Assembly (NCBI GenBank): GCA_013265495.1
Contig: MU057487.1
Location: 434,001-498,000 of the forward strand
DNA: 64,000 bases
Direction of reading: 5' to 3'
Origin: Vicugna vicugna
Lineage: Eukaryota
The translations under genes and the position numbers were made by a program. Shown here piece by piece: positions 24,050 to 37,224 of the stretch. The notes under the pieces were generated by a model, which was not told the DNA's origin, did not search any database, and was given only the letters and a program-made list of their open reading frames with translations. How positions within the stretch are numbered: position 1 is the first letter of the stretch; each line of letters begins with the position of its first letter.

Positions 24050-24544
24050 TCCACACAAAACGAGTGGGCATGTGCAAAGCCATGGCGTGCTTTCCCAAGG
24101 CAGTGGGAGCAGAGGTCCCTTTGTGGGCCGCATAATCACATCGGCCTAATTACTGTAGGATGTGGGACCTTTTCAGTCCAAGTGGAAGGATTTCAAGGGA
24201 AGGAGCAGGCTCATGTGCCACAGCAGAGGAAGAGGAGGGTGGGCATCTATAAGGCGTGGTCAGCATGGTTGTTTCTACTCTCAGAAACAAAATCAGGGCT
24301 ATCGCTCTAGAACCCTTATATTGGGGGCCGTTTTTGCTGGTGCGTGTAAGGCAGGACGATGGGGTCAGGAGCAGCAGACAGAGCAGCAGGAGGTAACATC
24401 ACTGCTGTGTGTGAGAATATAGGGCCGACCTTGTGCACTATCTATCTTCACACTATCAGTGGGCAGGGTTATTATTCCTTAAAAGGTACAAAGCTATGCT
24501 TATTTATTATTCTCTTTCTGGTTTCTTGAGCTGAATGGGTAAGT
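24050..24544 (+). promoter_or_regulatory. Candidate promoter / first exon (or enhancer)
   Basis: About 10 CpGs in 24061-24430, GAGGGTGGG box, TATAA at 24248, CArG-like CCTTATATTGG at 24314, consensus donor GG|GTAAGT at 24538/24539; no repeat similarity recognised. Confidence 0.35.
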
Positions 24545-27500
24545 GATCTTAGGGCCTTTTGGAGCTTGCTTAATACACACACTCGTATCTCCCCTACCCC
24601 TTCTCTTTCTCTTTCTCTGCATATCTGCCTGTGTTTCTCTCTCCCTCTGCCTAAAATATACTTCATCCCACTGATCTTAAGATACAGACTTGGAATTTGT
24701 TAGGTCCTTCAAACAATCTTTTTGCAGAGCTCTGTTTTAAGTACTTTCATGGTTATTAGTTTAGTAGCACTTCACTTCTTATCTCCCTGCAGAGAGAAAG
24801 AATAATAGGCAGTCCAAGATACAGACATTTCTAGTCACCTGGCCATGAAACCGCCAACCACCACCAAACCCCCATTTATTCAAAATAGAAAGGCAACTCA
24901 AAAGATAGAAAGGCAACTTGTTATGGTGAGAAAGGAAAAAAAGGCATTTGTGGTCAAACAGACCTCAGTTTAAATCCTAGCCAACACAGTGTCTGTGGGA
25001 CCAAGGGAAACTATTCATTTAAAATTATATATATTTATTAATTTAATATATTAAGTTATTTGTCTGAGCCTGTTTTCTTATATATGAAAAGGAGCTTATA
25101 AAGTTTGCCTTGAAAAGTTCTAGCAAAAATCAGAGATAATATACAGTGTTTGAGATATAGTAGATACCGATTATGTAGGAAATTTTATTCTAATCAGCTT
25201 CTGATGATTTTCCTCCCTTCCTCTGTCCCAAGTGACCTCTTTCTCTCTTTCATACACAGCCTTCAGACTCCCTGCCAACCTTCTGTTATTTCACTTTTTT
25301 TCCTTAAAGGTTAACCTGATTTACTGTCATCAGATATCACCTGTGCAGACCCGTAGCTGGTTGAAGTTTGAGTAAAGAAGGACACAAGTCCTGTGGGGTT
25401 GTGGTGACTTAAACCTACAGGCATGTTATATAGGTAATCTCCCCATCAAGCACCTTGATGCTTTCAGTTGATAACCCAAGACAGCTAACAACGTGACACT
25501 TCTACAGTGATGTTTCTTTTTAAAGTGCTTTTTCAATTTTTACTTAGAGTGAGTAGATATAAAGTTTCTATAAAAATTATACATATTTTTTCTGTTGAAA
25601 ATAAAAGATTTGTTATATACACTGAAAATAGCATAAGTTGTTAACCTAGTGGAATAATCTTTATTTTTCACAATTTTAAGTCACACATAAAAGAAACATT
25701 AGTAATTCACATAAAGAAACAGTGTTAATAAGGCTAATGCCCTTTAAATTTTCCCTTTCTTTTTTGTCTGCTGGGTTAATAAAGATAGCATCTAAATAAA
25801 AATTTTCCTTATCCCTGTTCCCTGCCAATTTTTCTTCACTTTACTTATGTTGGACTAAGAATTGACTGGTTTTATTTTTGTTGTCTCTAATTGTTGTTAT
25901 GCATTTTGAAGATAAGATAGGACTTTTATCTTTTTATTATATACTATATATATATATCACATATACACATATATGATATTGAATTGCATATATATCTCCC
26001 CCTAGAAGAAAGGTAAATTACTGCTAGTATTTTGTCATAGTCATTAATTTTGTGTTGCAATTTTGAATAGTCTCCAACTCTGTTTAAATCATTTTCCCTC
26101 TTAATATTTTTATTACTGCCAATAATTATGAGCAGTATAGTTTATTTTTTTAAAAAAGATAATGACTAAAACAACAAATTTTTGAAAAGTTGTGCAGTGA
26201 TATAATAGTGTCATTTATGGGTAAAAATCTTAATGTAACCTTTACATATTACTTTATAATTTTCTTAAAGTTTACTAAAAATATCTATTAATTAACCCTG
26301 ACAGAAACCCTATAAAGTAGGTATTATTAATATTCTAGTCAATATTATTAATATCTTATTCAATAACTTCATTTACCCAAGAGTATGAAGCTAGAAGCTG
26401 GTGTATTAACCAGAGCTCAAATATGATTCCTTTAGATACAAATCCTATGCTCTTTCAAGTGACCATCTTGCAGTTAACAGATACTTTATTTTTAGAATGT
26501 TGAGCAAATGTTCCAAATCTTAGGTTAAGAGTCAGACAGGCAAGAATAGAACACCATCCACCTGGGATGATTTGTCCTAGAGAGTGCAATTAACCTGGTC
26601 CCCAAGTGCTTTAAAGATCTGGGACATTTTTGACTAAGTAGGTGAAGGTTGGTAAAATTTGCTAGTTTTTTCTGTCCTGACTTCATTCACTTCTTTGTAC
26701 TCTAAATGTGGTTTCATAGAACAAAGAAGAAATGGAGCATCACATTAAAGGTTGACAGTTCATGGATGCCTCCAGGCATTTGAAAAACCTTTTATTCTAC
26801 TACATAGGGTTTCAGAGAAAACATATAGATTTAAAAGGCTCATGGAAAATGGTTTGGAGACAAGGTACACAAAGCAGAATGATGGTTTGGGATGCAAGAG
26901 TGTATTTCATTCATTGAAAGGAGATGTTATGAATGTCTGAGGCATTTTTGTTGACATGTGAGTATCAACTCATTAGGATTTTGCTCATTTACATTATAAA
27001 TACAATTGGTATTTTAATTTGGCTTCTATAATTTTTTGGGGGGGATTCATGTTTCACAACTTTAATAGAATATTCTAACTATTCTGTACAAAATGAAAAC
27101 ACTGTATTCAGTTACAAATGTGTCATAAGTAAAGCTGAGCACTTTACGGTCCTGGCCACAGTGTGGACACGAGGCCCTCAGCTTCCCAAGGATGTGGTCA
27201 CACTCTCAGCTTGGTGTTGCTGGTGGGTAGTAGATACTTCACTCTGAAAACATTTTTCAGAATGTCAGGAGTTGAAGGGCAGGAGTGCAGGGAGGGTAAA
27301 TGTTGAAAAAGACTTTTAACTTTATGGTTCTTGTTGTGCATAAGAAGTATATGATATTACAATAATGTTTTAAATAGAAAGGAATCTTGAAGTGTGGAAC
27401 ATTACCATTTTGCACAATGTGATTACATGCAAAGAACAACCATGCTGTATTTTCTGAAGGTACTGTTATTTTGAGATGAAAGATTAGAGTAGAATTATAA

Positions 27501-29344
27501 ACTATTACATTTTCAGCTGCAGTATCACAAGGGTTCTCTTGGCTTTTGTATGTTCAGAATTTTTCAGTGACTCAGAGCATATTGAGTTGGGATGTTTGGA
27601 GAAATGGGGAGAAATCAAAAAGAAGGAGCTTAGAATTAGAAGCAAGACCTTAAGAGGCAAATGGGAGAAAAATCAAGTCACGAAATCTTTATAATTTGGC
27701 CCAAATTTTGACAACTTCTATATCTGTGTTCTTGAAATTTATATCCTCATAGTTCTATGAAATCTGTGAAATAAGGAGGATAGTAACCCTAATCTGTAAT
27801 ATTAATATAGTATTAAACTACAGAATAAATCTTAAGTGCTTAACATAGTATGAAGCAGACACTACAAGATACTATAAGTTTATAATGATGATGATGTTAT
27901 GATGATAATTCTACATCCTCTGCTTTTTCTTTTTACCATACCATACCTTTATAACACAAGATGATTCAGTGGTAAGACCAGGGTTGACAGAAAAACTGCT
28001 GCTTCTTTGTTCTTATAATGCTGGGAAGTGGCTGAATTATGGATAGGCTAGCAGGAATAGGGAGGGGTGATTCCAGGCAGGTGGAAGAGGGAGGGGGCAT
28101 AAACAGAACAAGACTTTTGAGCCTGTTCATGGCACCTTGATGGAAGTTAATATCTTTTCAGCAGACATCCTGAGTTCACCTCCTACCTCATCAGTGGGAG
28201 AAGTATTTGAAAAAGAGCTTATTCACTTACCAATTCTTTATTATGAATAGATATACGAATAGGTCTATGAATAGGTCAAATAAATGAGACCCATTTCAGG
28301 GAAATCCAACAATCCTCCAAATGCCGGAGTTGTTTGCATGGCATTGAGAGCTATGCTTCTGGCTCCTGCTGTGCACTTGCTGACATGTGTGTGCTGAAGA
28401 ATGAGGACTCATAGCAGGAGTGGGAAAGAATCTTTTTAACCTCACAAGTTAAGTGTACGGGGTAAAGTAGAGTGCCTGTTCTACACACCACCCTTCTGAT
28501 GTGACTCTTTCAGAGAAAAAACTTCTCAATATAAAGTAATTATAGCCTATTCAAATCAATCTTTCCCTCCTTTCAGCTCCATTGATTCACTCAACTTCTA
28601 TCAGTGTTATTTTCTATTTGAGTTATACAGAGGAAAAAAACATTTGGTTTAACTTGCTACAGCACTTTTCAAAATCCAGGCATCACTAGATGGAAAGTGC
28701 TTGGGAAGTAATTACAACTGAATTTGTCTTTGGTCCAGAGAGTTTTTATCCCTGTTCCTGGTAGAAATTATGGTTCTCACATTTGGCCATTAGTATTTGA
28801 TGACCTTTGTATCCCCAATAAAACATGAAGAGACAAACCCAGTCTTTGATGATAGAAGGAAAACAAAGTAAAGCAAGGTAAAAAGTTTTTGCCAATTGCT
28901 ATAGCAGATAGACAATTTTTACTTTAAAAGAGAAATATTTTTAGTAAATGAAACTTTTCTTAGGTCTCTTAGATGGGAGCAGTCTGATAATCACTTAATC
29001 AGATCAAATCAGTTTAATCGTCAGGAGATATTTTTATTGTGAGATCTATTGCTGAGGAGTGTGTCAAGTGGGTAGAACAGAATCCATTAAGACCTAGTAT
29101 AAAAATATCCACAAACTTTCATCAAACATCTCAAATCATATCTTTCAAAAATCCATGATGATACTTAACTTTCTACGTGCTAATAGCCCAGATAATAAAC
29201 AATAGTTAGTTATGAACAACAGTGTTTGTCTTTAAACTTTTCCTAAATGTTAATTATACAGTTCTTTTTTTCCAGTTTCATTTTTACATTCCACTGACTA
29301 GCCTGGTTCCTAGAAAGTCTCCCAATAATACAGAGGACAACATG

Positions 29345-29745
29345 TGTATTAGGGCTCAACTAGGGAAACAGAACCATTAGGACATATACATATTAAGAGA
29401 TTCATTGCAAGGAATTGGCTTATGTGATTGTGTAGACTGGCTAATCAAGTCCAGAATCCACAGGGCAGGCCATCAGGAAAGACAGGCTGGCACTCTTAGG
29501 TGCGTTCGACTTATAGGCAGAATTTCTCCCTCATTATGGAAGCCTCAGCTCTACTTTAAGACATTTTAACTGATGGAATCAGGCTAACCTAATTATCTAA
29601 GGTAATCCCCTTACTTGAAGTCAACTGATTATGGCCTTTAATCACTTCAACAAAATAACTTCATAGCAACGCCTAGATTGGGGTTTAATTGAATAACAGA
29701 GGACTGTAGCCTAGCCTAGTTAATACATCAGAAGACAATTTCAAT
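29345..29745 (-). mobile_element. MLT2 (ERVL) solo LTR
   Basis: TGTATTAGGG...GAAACAGAACCA.TAGG...AAGGAATTGGCTTATGTGATTGTG...AAGTCAACTGATT...CCTAGATT. Confidence 0.85.
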
Positions 29746-30359
29746 GTGTCAACATGCAACAGATCCATTTAGATAACAAAGAATTAATATTCATCAACTG
29801 CTTGAATCTGTGAATTTCTAAAAATAGATTTGAAGATGCTCCATCACTGCATTTTAGTTTACAGTGAAGTTCTAAATAAATAAATTTGCTCATGACCTGG
29901 ATGGGTTTTTCACTTGAATGTAATTCTTTAATAACCTAAAAACTGTTTATTAATGCCTCAAGCCTATAAATATCAGTACATAGCTCTGATTTGGAGAAGG
30001 GCTGGGAACATGAGCTTATTTTCTTCTTTTCCTTTCCCATCTTTTTTTTTTTTAGTTCTAATGGAGAAAACTGTTCTTTCACTGAATTATTTGTTGCTCC
30101 AGTAAAGGATTTTTCTCCCACAAAATCATGTTGAATACATGGTGGTTAAGTTCCCAGGCCAGCCCCTCAAAGTGCAGTTCAAAGATCAAATCCTATTCTC
30201 GTTAGGTATACATATCCTAATTAGAGATTTCTTCCTTATGCAACAAACTTGAATTTACAGCTGCCTTATGGGGTATATATACTGCTGTCTGTTCCTTCAG
30301 GTACTCATTCATTAACTTATCCCATTCCTAATTAGAGAATTATTTCTAATTGTATCTCA

Positions 30360-31830
30360 TAAGAAAACATTTACTGAGTTTCTCTCATGTCCTAGATTTG
30401 ATACTAGATGTTGTGGTATAAGGAGGAAACAGCCTCACAGAAATTAAGAGTATATTCAATTCAGAGTCACTGGTACTATGAAAAAGGGAAAGATTCTAAG
30501 GGTGAATGTAGCAGGGATACCAGGGGTTTGTTTCTGAAACTATTCCTGGAGGAATAAACACCTAAACTGATATTGGCCTGGTTTAGGGCATGTGAGAGTG
30601 GTGAACAGCAAGAAGAGAGGAAACACATGCACAAAGGCCAAGAAGTGAGAGAGAACATGGGGGCTATGAATGCTAAGAGTCGTTTTATCAGTTTGAAGCA
30701 CAGAATTCAACTGAGGGTTTTCAAATGTCCAGATATCAGACTAGGGAGGTAAGTAAATGCAGACATTCAAAGTCCTCATTAGCTATGTTAATGGATTTCA
30801 AAATTCATCTATGGGGAATCAAAAGCCATCAAAGAGTTAGAAATAATAGAGCAAGAAGCATTTTAGAAAAATCTCTCTTGATATAATATGAACAATAGAT
30901 TGGACAAGAGAACTCTGTAAATTCAGCAAGAATAGAGATGTTTCTATTTTGGGCATGGTTGTATGTATTCCAACTGACTAGCTCATTGCTTAGAATATAG
31001 TAGGCATTAATTAATTCATTAAATATTTATTGATGAACTATGTACAACATCCTTGCTATTTGCAAAAGAGACAGTGCTTAATAAGACTGGTGTGATCTAA
31101 GCCATCATGGGTCTGGTAGGGAAGGGAGAAAGATAATGTCAATACTTTATAAGTAAAATAATTATATACTGTTCTAAGTGCCATAAAAGAAACCAAAGCA
31201 TTGCGTTAGTAGAGAATGATGGGAAATCTCTACTTAGGTAAGTTTATCAGGGAAGACCTGCTTAAAGAGGTGGCAGCTTGGAGATATAAATCATAAAATA
31301 TGTATTTTAAAATAACTATAAAGAGTAAGATCAAACGGAAACTATTTGCAATGATCCAGGGAGAATATTATGAGTGTCTATGCCAGGGTAGTGGAAATGA
31401 TTATGGAGAGAAGTGCTGGATTCAAGGATGTTAATGATCCTATAGGACCAGGTCATTAACTGAACATGGAGACTGAAGAAGTGGGAGGAGTTAAGGATAT
31501 CAACAAGTGGATGGTGGCACTATTTCCTGAGGAAGAGATTCCAGGAATAGAAGTAGGAGGACCTTCTGTGTTGGAGTGATGATAGATTCTGTTTCAGCCA
31601 CTTGGGTTTGAAGTGATTATAAGATGTCCCTTGTGGAAATGGCCACATGGAAGTGGGATGTACAGATTTGGAACATAGGAAAGAGGTCTGACTTGGGTGG
31701 AAATAGGAAGGAGGTCAAGAGAGTAATGCCACAACAGCCATCAGCAGATGGCATTTCAAAGAGTAAGTGGTAAAATGTCAATTGGTGGCTCAATCAAGTA
31801 AGATAAGGATTGGACTATTGCAAATTGATA
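30360..31830 (-). mobile_element. L2 LINE fragments (at least two)
   Basis: ACATTTACTGAG, ATTCATTAAATATTTATTGA and purine-rich L2 antisense tracts. Confidence 0.7.
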
Positions 31831-31837
31831 GATATAG

Positions 31838-32804
31838 ATTTTTGTTGTTGTTATTGTTGAGTTGTATGTGCTGTTTGCATATTCTGGAAACTAAGTCCTT
31901 GTCCATTGCGTTGTTTGCAAATATTTTTTTCCCCATCCATATGTTGTCTTTTTGTTTTGTCTGTGGTTTCCTTTGCTGTGCAAAAGCTTGTAAGTTTGAT
32001 TAGGTCCTACTTTTGTTTTTATTTCTATTGCTTTGGGAGACCTAAGGAAAACATTTCTATGACTATGTTCTCTTCTAGGAGATTTATGATGTCCTGTAGA
32101 GGTAGCAAGATACAAGATTAACATTCAGAAATCTGTTGCATTTCTTTACACTAACAATGAAGTATCAGAAAAGGAAAGTGAAAAAAACACTCCCTTTTAA
32201 AATCACAACAAAAAATACTTAAGAATAAACCTGACCAAGGAGGTGAAAGACTTATATGCTGAGAACTACAAAATGTTGATAAAGGAAACTGGATGATTTA
32301 AAGAAATGGAAAGCTATCCTATGCTCTTGAATTGGAGGAATTAACATTGTTAAAATATTTATAATACCTAAAGCGATCTATAGATTTAATGCGATCCCTG
32401 TCAAATTACCCAGGACATTTTTCACAGAACGAGAACAAATAATCCTAAAATGTAAATGAGGTCATAAAAGACCCAGAATTAGCAAAGCAATAGTGAGGAA
32501 AAAGAACAACATAACCCTCCCAGACTTCAGACAACACTACAAAGCTACATACAAAACAGCATAGTAGTGGCTCAAAAACAAACATGTGGATCAATGGAAA
32601 AGAATAGAAAGCCCGGAAATAAACCCACACACCTACTGTCAATCAATCTTCAACAAAGGAGACAAGAATATACAATAGAGAAAAGACAGTTTCTTCAGCA
32701 GGTGGTGCTGGGAATGCTGGACAACCACATGTAAATCAATGAAGTTAGAACTCTCCCTCACACCATACACAAAAGTAAACTTAAAATGGATTAAAAACTT
32801 AAAT
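31838..32804. mobile_element. Lineage-specific L1 ORF2 fragment with internal inversion (31838-32097 minus; 32098-32804 plus)
   Basis: Plus part encodes VARYKINIQKSVAFLYTNNE...[16 protein letters not shown]; minus part continues QDIINLLEENI... Confidence 0.9.
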
Positions 32805-33526
32805 TTACTTTAAATAAACTTATATACAGTTGTTTATGAAGCTGGAGTGGATGATTTAGTTGAAGAAAAACATAGTAGGCTGCTACTTTGAGAACAGTAT
32901 TTATTACTGTCTCAAAAATGCCATTTAAAATCATCCTGTCAACTACTGTCATTTTCCTTTGAATGGTGAAATTTTTTGTTACCATGTCAACTGCTTGATG
33001 TAAAGTTCAATCTTCCTTGGTCTCTAGTGAAAATATATTCTTCAGCTGACTAGCTCTCTCAAAGAAATTTATTAAAGCTAGCCAGACAGTTTAACAGTAT
33101 AAGAATATATTGGGAATGAGGGCTAATGGAAACTATGGCCTGAAGATGCAGCACTTAACATGGAAGAAACATGTTTCTCTAAAACTGTAAAACATTCACA
33201 GCAGAGTAATCATACTCTCATGAGCTGCCTCACATACCTTAGTCAAGTTATCACTCAATAAATTGTTACAAACATTCCACTGACAGCGAAATCTTTTAAG
33301 AAACTTTCCCCAACTAAGCACCACCTGCTGGAGGCCACATGTTTTCCGAACAGTATGGTACCCAGACAAGTAGCCCACTTAGTTTTAGTTTGTAAGGTGT
33401 CTTTCCATAGCCTATAGCACTGTAAAGCTAGAGAATATTGGTGCTAGAAACATCTAAATATTCTGATGAACAATCATTTATTAAGGAGCCAGTATTATAA
33501 GCCAAGTACTGTGCTAGGTACTGATT

Positions 33527-34416
33527 TTATTTATATATATATATATTTTTTAAAAATACATATATATTTTTTTTTTAATGAAAGTATAGTCAGTTACAAT
33601 GTGTCACTTTCTAGCATACAGCATAATGTTTCAGGCATATGTATACATATATTTGTTTTCATATTCTTTTTCATTATAGGTTACTACAAGATATTGAATA
33701 TAGTTTCCTGTGCTTTACAAAAGAAATTTTTAAAATTTATTTTATATATAGTAGTTAATATTTACAAATCTCAAACTCCCAGTTTATCCCTTCCCACCCC
33801 CAACTATGTCTGTGAGTCTGTTTCTGTTTTATAGAAGAGTTTATTAGTGTCTTTTTTCTTTTTTTAGATTTAACATATGAGTGCTATCATATGGTATTTT
33901 TCTTTCTGTTTCTGGCTTACTTCACTTAGAATGACAATGACAATCTCCAGGTCCTTCCATGTTGCTGCAAATGACATTATTTTATCATTTTTTATCACTG
34001 AGTAGTATTCCATTGTATAAATATACCATAGCTTCTTTATCCAGTCATCTGTCGATGGACATTTAAGTTGCTTCCATGTTGGGTATTGTAAGTAGTGCTG
34101 CTATGAACATTGAGGGGCATGTATCTTTTCGAATTAGAGTTCCCTCTAAATATATGCCCAGGAGTGGGATTGCCCAATCTTATTGTAAGTCTATTTTTAG
34201 TTTTTTGAGGACTCTCCATACTGTTTTCCATAATGGCTGAACCAATTTACATTCCCACTAACAGTGTAGGGGGGGTTCCCTTTTCTCCACACCCTCTTCA
34301 GCGTTTATTGTTTGTGGACTTTTGAGTGGTGGCCATTTTGACTGGTGTGTATAATACCTTATTGTAGTTTTGATTTGCATTTCTCTAATAGCGATGTTGA
34401 GCATTTGTATATTCTT
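33527..34416 (-). mobile_element. 5'-truncated young L1 (camelid/cetartiodactyl-type 3' UTR) with TSD, inserted in an L2
   Basis: TSD TAGGTACTGATT (33515-33526) / TAGGCACTGATT (34417-34428); T/TA-rich tail; [21 protein letters not shown]. Confidence 0.95.
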
Positions 34417-35289
34417 TAGGCACTGATTATTAAAAGACTGGGGAGTCTGGTGGGAGCCCATAATTTAGTTGAGAAGACAAATACATATAATTACTTAGTG
34501 ATATGGGTTCTTATATTTAAAGAGTTTAGATGAACCACGGGCCAGAGGAGTAAAGGGAGGAGAAAGCAAAGTAATGAAAATCTCTCAGTCATTGAAACAC
34601 ACAGAATACCTACTAGAATAAAGTACTTTGTGTACTTTCTTGTTGAAAATCTTTGCAGTGTGGCTACTAAATGGTAGCTTGTTCATTGCCAAATTTTTCA
34701 CCCAGAGAGCCATAATTTCAGTTGGTACATTCACTTCGTTAATCAAGATTTCTCTGGAGCTGTCTTTTCAAAATCCTTATCTGAAAGACTTTGATGAATT
34801 GGGGTGATTCTTCTTTGACAATTATTTGAATTCAAAATGAGTTAGATCTCTCATGATTAAAGAGCTAATATTATATGATGGCTTTTTTATAGTGTTGTAA
34901 TTAACTCAATAATGCTTCCAAATAAAAGTGAAGAGTCACATAAGTTATTTGATGTTGTTCACCTGCTGATTAGTTAACGTCTGTATTTCCTTTGTGTCAT
35001 GATATCAGTAAGACTCAGGCAATCCAATTTTCAGACTTCAGAAACATGTTGGGATTTTGACATAGTGTTTCATAAACATAACTTAGTGCATCCTTCTTAA
35101 CTGCTCACATTGTTTTGCTTACAGATAAAATCATGATACATAAACATTAGCACAGGTGCAATAGAGCTCCCAATTACTAATATTTTAAGATATTATTTTA
35201 GCAATTAGATGATGACATGACCTGTCATGAAAAGTAATTAATATTTATTGTGCTTTCCTAACATTTAGAGCAAGAGATGATTCCAACAA

Positions 35290-35600
35290 TGGAGTCATTC
35301 ATTTATCCAATAGGCGAAGACTATAAGTACCTACTGTGCACTAAGCATTGTAGTAGAGCATAGACATGTAACATTAACTAAAATATAGCTTCTCCCTTCA
35401 TATATCCTGTAGTCTATATGAAGAGACAGATACATTCCCAATAATAACAATATAATATGAAAATACTAATAGACACAAGTAAAACATATTTTTGGAGCAT
35501 CAAGAATAGAGGAATATTTGCAAGATGAAGGCTTCACAGAGAAGACAATTTTAGAGCTGCATCTTGAATGAAGAATAGATTTTGTAAGGCAGATAAGCTG
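35290..35600 (-). mobile_element. L2 3' fragment
   Basis: TCATTCATTTATCCAA...AGTACCTACTGTGCACTAAGCATTGT...GAAGGCTTCACAGAG. Confidence 0.6.
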
Positions 35601-37224
35601 TAATAGTAGCAGAATTCTTTCATAATATATATTTTGTCAAGTATTTTGCTATACGTATCTTATTTTTTATAATACACATGTTATGTATCATCATAATAAA
35701 ACTGTGAGTTGGTACCATTACCATCTCCATCTTAGAGACAGAAGAATTACCAGGCTTAGAGAGTTTAATAATTTGTCAAAGTCCTCATCCAGGGTGTGGA
35801 AGGGGGTGGTTACTTAATAACTTGATCTCTTACCTACTAAAACTAAACCATTTCTCAATATGGTGGTGAAATACTGAATAGATACAATGGTGATGGGAAA
35901 CTTAGCATCATCTTCTGGCCCAGGTGATTTGCGTTTACTTCACAATTTTCTGGTTTTAGTGGTATTGTAAGATCTTGAGAATAAGGTCCAGATCATACAT
36001 TTCTTTCCTATCCCTTACAGTGCCCTGGATGGACTTCCTAGATAATTATAGACACAAACTTCTTTGTGTGTGTGAAAATATTTTTGAAGCAGAAAATCAT
36101 TGGCAAGTACAAAATTATACTCTGAAATATTTGGAATAAAGATGTTCTCTGAAGCAAGTGCCCTGCCGTTGATTCATGACTATAGTCTTAATTTTACTAA
36201 GGAAACTTTAAGAAATCATAAATGATGTATAAGTCAGTGATGTGCTTGCAAGATTCTGACAAAGTCAGTTAGTATCAGAAGAACAGACATAAATAAATTA
36301 GTTCCTTGCTAAATAAAATATATAAATAAACCAGAAGAATGAACCTGAAAGGATCTAGATCCTGATTTAATTAAACAGGTGGTAGAATATACCTGCCATA
36401 AAACATTGGCATCTCTGAATACATCTATAATTCCAGATGTAATGTCCTGTCTTTTGTTAGGACATTGTGCATCAATTTCTGGAGACTCACTAGGTAAATT
36501 TAATATTTAATCACAAGTGAAACTGAGAAAAGGAGACATGCTTCATATCACAAGTATAGTTTGTTTTTAACATATCTTTCTAGAAATAATACTGTAAGGA
36601 AAACGTCATGGCTGCAATCACAGTTAAATCTGTTTTCTTATGTCTTTAGTGGAATGATTTGGAGCCCACCTACCCATAGTTTGCCTGATTTCTCCATCTT
36701 TGAAGAGCCACATTACATTATGTTTTAGAAATGATTTTGTGACTTCTCTCTTTCGTTCTCTCTAAATCCCTTGATTGCTCAAGCCTTGGTTATTTTTAAA
36801 AGATTCAGATTTTCTTTGCACTTATCTCTCATTTAGAGTTTGAAATGATGCGATCAAATACATCTGCTTTAAGAAATAGCATTCAAATCACAATCTGAGT
36901 GGATGGGTCTGAAGTTTTTCATTTTTTGTTTTTTTAAAGTAGAAAGCATGTTATTAATTATAGTTTCTGTCCATGGTAATATTTTAAATGTGTGAGGCCA
37001 AAGAGAATATGTTATCTTCATAGCAGCTTGTGAAAAAGTCTTTGTAGGAAGAGGCTAGCCTTGTTGAGAAGAGGCTTTGATAATGACTCCGGGGGCAGGA
37101 ATAAGACTTTGGAGTCTCAGGTAAAACTTTCACCCAGGTTTCATGCAAAGAAGAGAGCAACTTGAAAAATGAAGAATGAATGAAACAGGAGGTAGAACAG
37201 TCAGTCTGTGGGGCAGCCTGGAGT

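Noticed and set aside
23975..24422. ORF-track ORFs of 111 and 86 aa over the CpG-rich segment
   Set aside because: They start at TTG/GTG, which are not normal mammalian starts, and show no homology; higher GC explains the lack of stops.
33466..33834. 122-aa ORF
   Set aside because: It reads through L2, a TA tail and antisense L1 3' UTR; low complexity.
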